Shown here: one piece after another, positions 57,709-64,000 of the stretch | Layout: every line of letters begins with the position of its first letter | Numbering within the stretch: position 1 is the first letter of the stretch | Source of the DNA: a virus | DNA length: 64,000 nucleotides | Virus record (IMG/VR): IMGVR_UViG_3300024319_000005 | Coordinates: 35,223-99,222 of that record | Reading direction: 5' to 3' (one strand) | Notes under the pieces: generated by a model | Seen by the model: only the letters and a program-made list of their open reading frames with translations | Database searches by the model: none | Told to the model about the DNA's origin: nothing | Position numbers and translations under genes: made by a program

Positions 57709-60700
57709 TTATGATTTAGAGCAATCTTCTGCGTTAGACGTATCTTCATTAAAGGCTTCTCCAGGATTTACGTGCTCTACATCAAAGTAAGAATCATAGT
57801 CTTGAAAACCTGACACCTGTGAATCTTCTAAAGAAGCTATAGATTCTTTAGTCTCTTGCACACTTGACTGTCCTTTACTACTTGCCTTAGTTCCTATAAA
57901 AGTATGTAGGTTTGCGTCTTTACTTTGATACATAGGAAATTCAATTCCTCTACCTCCACTAAAAGTTTTTGTATCTGCTACTACATATACTCCATTACCA
58001 TTGTGAATCAATGGGTAAGTTACACGTTTACTAGTTTGTTTATTATTTATAATATCATCAAAAAATACTTGTTTACTAGCATAAGCATAGTCTGGTAAAA
58101 ACCCCTCACTATCTTGCATTGCTCTTTTTTCTGCATCATCCATTATAACTCGTTGTGTACCAGTTTCAGTTTTTACTATATTACCTCGTAACATATAAGT
58201 AAATTCTGGAGCATACTTTCTTACTATATCTAACGCTGAATCACTACCACTTAGTTCCCCAAAACTCGTTTTATATTTAGATCTTAGCTTTAAAGGCATA
58301 ATACTCCAGAACGATCCTGGTAATATTTCAAACCCTTGCTTTAGCATTTGATAATCTGCAAGTAATTCTGCAAATCTTCTAGTTTCAGAATTCTCATACA
58401 TCTCAGACCACATATCCATAAGCATAGTAGTAGTAGTTGGATCTGCATTTCCTAAACTAAATGAATACATTTTATCTGTACCTCTTTTTACTAATCTCTT
58501 TTTAATACGTTTAGTAAAATCATTGTGCTTACCTCCTTCTACTATTTTTTTATACTCTGCTTCTAGATCAGGAATAGTATTCTTAAAGTAATTAGGGTCT
58601 TGCATTTCCATAGATTTAACAACTAGCCTTGTATTTAACCTTGAATATAACGCTCTTAAAGATTTTTCATTTAAAGGCTTATTTGTCACCTTTTTCATTT
58701 GTTCTATAGCGTTCCTAAAATACTTGTGATCATAAGGTAAAATACCATCTAAATGTTTTTTACCTTCAACTAACCCTTGCTCTATTTTATTAATAACCCA
58801 AGGTGCTATTTTCTGTACTGTTACATGTTTAAACTTATTCTCTTGCATTTTAGCATTGAACTTATCGTACTTTTCTTTATTTAAATAAGTCTGAGCATAA
58901 GATGGAGAAACTCCAGTATCTGCTAATTTAGTAATTGCTAATACATCAGATATTTCAGAAGCCATTGCCATTAAAGCAAAAGTAGATTCTAGATTTCTTT
59001 TACCATCTTTAAAATCTTTTATTACATCCATATCAAAAGTTGGAGTATAACTGTCAGGTAAGTTCTTTGCAATGAAACCGTAATCTTGAGCTAATATTTC
59101 CATAACTTCTTGTCTGCTTTTACCTTGAGCTTTTCTAGCAAACTCTTTAACTGCAGGTTGATTAACTATAAACAAAGCTTCATTCATACTTCTACCTAAA
59201 CTTAGTAATACATTAAGTACAGGTAAAGTTACTTGGTTTATATTTAACTGAGCAGCTAAAGGATCTTTTACATTATCTACTGCTTGTGCTAGAGGTTCTG
59301 CTCTATTTCTAGATACTTTTTTACCTTCAGTATCTTCTGTTGCAGATAAACTCTTAATCCTTTCAGACATCTCACCATTTTCTATAAACCTAACTCCAGT
59401 TTTTAACCCCATCTGTACTAATGGAGCTCCAGTGTTAAAGTTAGCAGATATACCAATATTGTTTGCTCCTGTAAGAGTATTCTCTAAAGCATTAGCATTA
59501 GCAGATACTCCTAAGAAAGCTTCTTTATCGTACTTTGGATTTGTTTCTGCTAATTTAGCTTTATGTTCATCTCTAAAACTTTGTAGCTGTTGGTATCCTC
59601 CAGGATTTAATCCTTCAAGTGGAGTAGCGTGCTTAAATTTAATCATAAGATCTAATATAGTGTTATCTATACTTTCAATCTTGTTTCCATTTGCGTCTAC
59701 TTCATATTGGAATCCAAATAGTTTATCAATATCATAATCAAAACCAGAAATATCTGGAGATTCTGCAGGCATTATAATACCATTAGCCATACTTTCTGGT
59801 AGTATACCTATAGGTCTAATTACAAACATAGAGTATTTATCCTCAGTAGGTATTCTATACATAAGCATTTCTTTAAATCCTTCTGGAATTAAATCTAATG
59901 GGATTCTCTCACCAAAGTTATCTTTTAAAAGAGCATCCATAGATGGGTGCATACCTTCAGGTATCCAAGCTTCAAATATTACTTTTGTAATATTACCATC
60001 TTTATCTTTTTCTATAATTACTTCTGGCATATTTTTCTTAGACAAACCATATGAAGATACGTTATACATTGAGTTACCATTTACTTTCTGTATTGTAACG
60101 TTGTTACGTACTATAGAAGATAGTACAGGCTCTATAATACTTAACAACTGAGGATCATCTATACTTAATTCATTTTCTTTAATTGCTTCTTGTATCTCTA
60201 AAGGAAATTTATCTAAGTGAGTTAAAATAGTTTTTCTTAATGATTCTTTATCTTTAAATATTTCTTTTACTTTGTTACTTGCAGCATTAGTCTTTGCTTG
60301 TAAAGCTTCTTGGTATTGCTTCTTTTCTTCTGCCATACCTTGAACATCATTAGCTATTAGCTTAGTTAATTGTATAGCTAACTTCTGCACTTCATTTGGA
60401 CTAATGTGCGGAGTAGTATCAAGTTGTGCTTTCCAATTAGTCATATCCATAGTTCCTCTACCATCCATAAGACCAATCTTAAACACAGAGTGAGGAGCAT
60501 ATAAATCTATATACTTTGGATTAGTTTCTGATTGGATAGATGCAACTCTACCTTCAAAATCAAAATCAAACTTTCCTTTACCTGTAATAGTCCATCCAAA
60601 CTTTTTTAATATATCCTTCATCATTTGATTAGTAGCTGCAAACGTAGGGTCTAATACTATTTCAGAATCTTTCTTCTGTATAGGATTTAATAATCCAGAT

Positions 60701-63700
60701 GCATTTTCATGTAGCCCAAAGTAATGTGGCTTATAGATTACGTGCTTATGCTTTTTTATTAGAGTCATAAACTCTTCTTTTGTTTGTGGCATGTCTAACA
60801 CTCCCATACCTGCTAAACGTACTATAGAAGCAAAAGGATCTATCATAGATTGACCATCTTGTACTGTAGCATAGTATTTATATATAGGGTTACCACTTTT
60901 GTCTGTACCTACTTGTTTTTTCTTTCCTATACCTAAACCTAAAGCTTGTAAGTCTTTACTTACTTCTACGTCTAAGCCAGGTAATGTAGTAACACCAGGC
61001 GTATCATTATAAGACTCTACATGTATTCTTGTAATAGGCTTACCCCCTACTTGCATTGCAGATTTACTAAGAAATTCTCCTGGAGAATATACTTGCTTAA
61101 ATCTTTTTACAAAGTCAGTAGCTAACGTACTATCAATACTTTTAAAGTTAGCAGGATCTCCTGTGTAAAGTAAAGTGTACTTAGCTTGTGTTTCTAAAGT
61201 TTGAGCTACAAATAATTTTAATTCTAAATCACTATAAGTATCTTTAATATCTGCTTCTTTTAGTTCTTTCTTTAGATTTGCAGTTAAGTTAGCTATTTCG
61301 TTCTTTACACTACTTGCAGCTTTACCAGTACCATCATCTTTAATTAAGTATCTTCCAGATTTGTTTTTATTATAATTATCACTACCACTTACAGTAGTAT
61401 CTTTCATTCTAATACTCTCTTGCTCAAATATATTAATTAAATTTTCTTCTACTACTTCTAAAGACTCAGCAATATTATTTCCTTTAGGTACTTCAATAGC
61501 AATCATAGTATGACCATCTCCCATTACAGGAGTTGGAATTGCTCTAGCATTTTTCTTAGATGTAAAGTTAAAGAATAAAGCTAATGATGTTTGTAAGTAT
61601 TCTTTCTTTGTCATTTGATCATAATCAGAAGACAAACCCTCAGTCTTAATACTATCTATTTCATATAGAGTTGCTTCTGCTAAAGCTTTTGCACCTCCTA
61701 ATTGATCTAATACTTTACACATAGGGTCATTAGAATATCTGTCAGCATATCCATTTTCATTTTTAATTAACCTTGACTGCTCCATATAAATAGAAGAGGT
61801 ATATCTATGTGCATATTTTAATTTACCATTTACTCTATATGCTGATTGATAGTAATTAGGTAGTAATATTACAAGCCTATCTAAGAATGCGTTTACATTC
61901 TCAAAATTAAATTTAGTATCTTTCCCTCCTTTCCCTGTTTTTCTACCAAGTATAAGACCATTTAACTTATCAACTTGTTCTGTATTAACAATTATACCTG
62001 CTTTAGCAAGTGTAGCTTTTAATTCTTCACCTTCTAATAACTTATATGGATCTGAACCATAACCAACACTTTCAACTAAATCTATTAACTGCTGCCTCAT
62101 AATACTATGCATAGTGTTGTTATTAGCATTAAGAGCTTTTAACTCTTTCTTATCATTAACCATAACTAAAATAGGATTTACTTTCCTTTTCTGTGCTAGT
62201 CTAAAGAATGTAGCTTGTAGCTTAGGCTCACCTACTAATTCACTGTATACTTGCTCTAATACCTCTACTTTATTACTATAGTATTTTGATTCTGGATGTG
62301 GATTTAATCTTTCCATCATATCAGCTTCACTAATACTACCATGGGTAACTTGTAAAAACTTATTATAGATATTTAAAAAATCTTCTTTTACATCAAACCC
62401 AAAAGAATCTATCTCACCAGAGTTAGAATCTACGTTTTGCAGTATGTGCATTGCATCTTCTGATAATGATGTAGTTGGATTTTCTTCTGCTTTCATCCAA
62501 GACTGAGTTTGTCTACCACTAATATCTCTACTAGCAGAACCTTCAGTAACATTGTCAGCTTCTTGAGCATCCGCAGTAGCTTCATTTATTTCTTTAATAA
62601 TAGTACTTAACCTTACTCCTCTTTCTTTTAGCCTTGCTTGCATAGCTATTAAGAAATCATTTTTATGGTTATTATAAGCATCAGCTATTACTTGATAATC
62701 TGCATCGTATGTTACTAGATCTTGTAATACTTTCTCCATATTAGTGTCAGAAAGAGCTTTAACTAAGGTTGTGTCATTTCTCTTTGCCCAACCTCTAATA
62801 CCATCTACTAAAGTTATTACAGAATCTTTTAGTCTTTTTGCTTTAGACGTTCCTGCAGGTGCTCCTGCCATTAAAGCATCTTTTAAAGTACTAATACTAT
62901 ATAGTGCAGTTCCTTCAGTCATTGCTGGGTGTGCAGCTACAGTACCTAAACCTAAAGATAGTTTATAGTTAAGAGTATCTAAATCATTAATGTTATCAGT
63001 AAATAAACCTCTAGTCATGTGATATACTTTCTTAAAGAAATTATATATCTGAGCACCTAATCTTTTTAGTATATTACCATTAGATAAACCTGCTAGTCTA
63101 TTTATTTCAAAAGTCTCGTATTGCTCTGCTAAAAATTCTAAGATTCTAGTAGTAGGATCTAAAGCTGCATCTTGAGATTGTTTACTTATATTTTTATTTG
63201 TCGTACTCTTAGGAGTAGCAGTCGTTAAACTTGTATTAAACGCTTCTTGAGTAATCTTATTATTAGGGTTAGCTTTGTTATAAGCTTTAAGTCCTGCTCT
63301 TAATACTTGCTCTCTTTGTTTAGGAGTTAATACTACTTCAGTAAGTACATGCATAGCCTCGTGATAAACAGTACTACTGTTAGCACCTTCTCTAATACGT
63401 ACTAAAGCTTTAGTAAATACACCCCATGCATTAGTACCCCCTATATTATTTAAATCTTTTACTAAAGATATAGGGAAATTAGGAAACCTAGATTTAAACC
63501 AATCTAAAGTTTCTTTAGTTACTACATTACCTTTACCTTTATCTAATGTACTTAAATCCCTTCGACCTTTTCTTTTTTGTGTTGTTGGTTGACCAAGACT
63601 TAAAAAGTTTTTAGCCTCAACACCTAACTGACTTAATACAGAATCTATTTCCTTCTGAGAAATAGCAAGGCCACTCATTTTACCAGGTACTCCTTCAAAA

Positions 63701-64000
63701 TTACCAGTTAAAAAGAATTTTACAGACCCATCTGGTTTTGTTACCTTTATTATTTCAGAACCATTTTCATTGTTTTTAATTGTTTGATTTATAATTCCTC
63801 CTTTTATTGTTTTTTGCTCTAAAGTGTACTTGCCTTTAACTTTAGTAAAAGTAACAACCTCACTAGCTTGTTTTGTTGGTTGTATTTCTGAAAAGTATTT
63901 GTCAGTATTAATTACTTTGCTAGAATCTACACTGCTTACAGTTTTATCTATATTGCTTTTCCAAGAATCTAATCCTTTAGTATTATCACCTCTTTTAGTA
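57709..64000 (-). CDS. Virion RNA polymerase (crAss / phi14:2 gp66 type), 5'-truncated by the window
   Basis: Catalytic GFDYDIDK (59725-59739), YRIPT, QDGQ, N-terminal zincin YHEAMH. The frame stays open from 63678 to the window end, so the true start lies outside. Confidence 0.9.
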   Translation of the reverse strand, partial: TKRGDNTKGLDSWKSNIDKTVSSVDSSKVINTDKYFSEIQPTKQASEVVTFTKVKGKYTLEQKTIKGGIINQTIKNNENGSEIIKVTKPDGSVKFFLTGNFEGVPGKMSGLAISQKEIDSVLSQLGVEAKNFLSLGQPTTQKRKGRRDLSTLDKGKGNVVTKETLDWFKSRFPNFPISLVKDLNNIGGTNAWGVFTKALVRIREGANSSTVYHEAMHVLTEVVLTPKQREQVLRAGLKAYNKANPNNKITQEAFNTSLTTATPKSTTNKNISKQSQDAALDPTTRILEFLAEQYETFEINRLAGLSNGNILKRLGAQIYNFFKKVYHMTRGLFTDNINDLDTLNYKLSLGLGTVAAHPAMTEGTALYSISTLKDALMAGAPAGTSKAKRLKDSVITLVDGIRGWAKRNDTTLVKALSDTNMEKVLQDLVTYDADYQVIADAYNNHKNDFLIAMQARLKERGVRLSTIIKEINEATADAQEADNVTEGSASRDISGRQTQSWMKAEENPTTSLSEDAMHILQNVDSNSGEIDSFGFDVKEDFLNIYNKFLQVTHGSISEADMMERLNPHPESKYYSNKVEVLEQVYSELVGEPKLQATFFRLAQKRKVNPILVMVNDKKELKALNANNNTMHSIMRQQLIDLVESVGYGSDPYKLLEGEELKATLAKAGIIVNTEQVDKLNGLILGRKTGKGGKDTKFNFENVNAFLDRLVILLPNYYQSAYRVNGKLKYAHRYTSSIYMEQSRLIKNENGYADRYSNDPMCKVLDQLGGAKALAEATLYEIDSIKTEGLSSDYDQMTKKEYLQTSLALFFNFTSKKNARAIPTPVMGDGHTMIAIEVPKGNNIAESLEVVEENLINIFEQESIRMKDTTVSGSDNYNKNKSGRYLIKDDGTGKAASSVKNEIANLTANLKKELKEADIKDTYSDLELKLFVAQTLETQAKYTLLYTGDPANFKSIDSTLATDFVKRFKQVYSPGEFLSKSAMQVGGKPITRIHVESYNDTPGVTTLPGLDVEVSKDLQALGLGIGKKKQVGTDKSGNPIYKYYATVQDGQSMIDPFASIVRLAGMGVLDMPQTKEEFMTLIKKHKHVIYKPHYFGLHENASGLLNPIQKKDSEIVLDPTFAATNQMMKDILKKFGWTITGKGKFDFDFEGRVASIQSETNPKYIDLYAPHSVFKIGLMDGRGTMDMTNWKAQLDTTPHISPNEVQKLAIQLTKLIANDVQGMAEEKKQYQEALQAKTNAASNKVKEIFKDKESLRKTILTHLDKFPLEIQEAIKENELSIDDPQLLSIIEPVLSSIVRNNVTIQKVNGNSMYNVSSYGLSKKNMPEVIIEKDKDGNITKVIFEAWIPEGMHPSMDALLKDNFGERIPLDLIPEGFKEMLMYRIPTEDKYSMFVIRPIGILPESMANGIIMPAESPDISGFDYDIDKLFGFQYEVDANGNKIESIDNTILDLMIKFKHATPLEGLNPGGYQQLQSFRDEHKAKLAETNPKYDKEAFLGVSANANALENTLTGANNIGISANFNTGAPLVQMGLKTGVRFIENGEMSERIKSLSATEDTEGKKVSRNRAEPLAQAVDNVKDPLAAQLNINQVTLPVLNVLLSLGRSMNEALFIVNQPAVKEFARKAQGKSRQEVMEILAQDYGFIAKNLPDSYTPTFDMDVIKDFKDGKRNLESTFALMAMASEISDVLAITKLADTGVSPSYAQTYLNKEKYDKFNAKMQENKFKHVTVQKIAPWVINKIEQGLVEGKKHLDGILPYDHKYFRNAIEQMKKVTNKPLNEKSLRALYSRLNTRLVVKSMEMQDPNYFKNTIPDLEAEYKKIVEGGKHNDFTKRIKKRLVKRGTDKMYSFSLGNADPTTTTMLMDMWSEMYENSETRRFAELLADYQMLKQGFEILPGSFWSIMPLKLRSKYKTSFGELSGSDSALDIVRKYAPEFTYMLRGNIVKTETGTQRVIMDDAEKRAMQDSEGFLPDYAYASKQVFFDDIINNKQTSKRVTYPLIHNGNGVYVVADTKTFSGGRGIEFPMYQSKDANLHTFIGTKASSKGQSSVQETKESIASLEDSQVSGFQDYDSYFDVEHVNPGEAFNEDTSNAEDCSKS

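Noticed and set aside
55453-62968. Plus-strand ORFs within the cargo and vRNAP genes
   Set aside because: Antisense shadows.
1-64000. Stop-codon recoding as seen in some crAss-like phages
   Set aside because: Long genes are intact in the standard code, TAG and TGA both end genes, and no suppressor tRNA was seen.

Overview
AT-rich 64-kb segment of a Bacteroidota (probably Flavobacteria-type) podophage of the crAss-like / Cellulophaga phi14:2-like group. This rests on the crAss-type terminase-portal-scaffold-MCP module, a giant virion RNA polymerase with a DYDID motif, and TTTG-N19-TAnnTTTG host promoters. Three arms are visible. (1) 1-23.7 kb, minus strand, late/structural genes: two large tail fibres, capsid module, and a GroEL wedged between terminase and portal with a GroES-like gene upstream. 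(2) 24.4-54 kb, plus strand, early/middle genes: small proteins, dNMP kinase, SPL-like radical SAM, PolA, helicases, primase, a phiEco32-type amidoligase/ATP-grasp/GATase set, PNK and class Ia RNR. (3) 54.1-64 kb, minus strand, virion cargo protein and vRNAP. The least explained signals are non-coding: three copies of a 24-nt box behind hairpin-rich DNA at the start of the early arm (candidate vRNAP promoters), six sense-strand H-type pseudoknots in intergenic gaps, a 138-nt tRNA-mimic and a ~320-nt long-range-paired leader. An AAA_24/Sak4-like ATPase also has its Walker B block placed before Walker A. All calls come from reading motifs by eye; no searches or folding programs were run.
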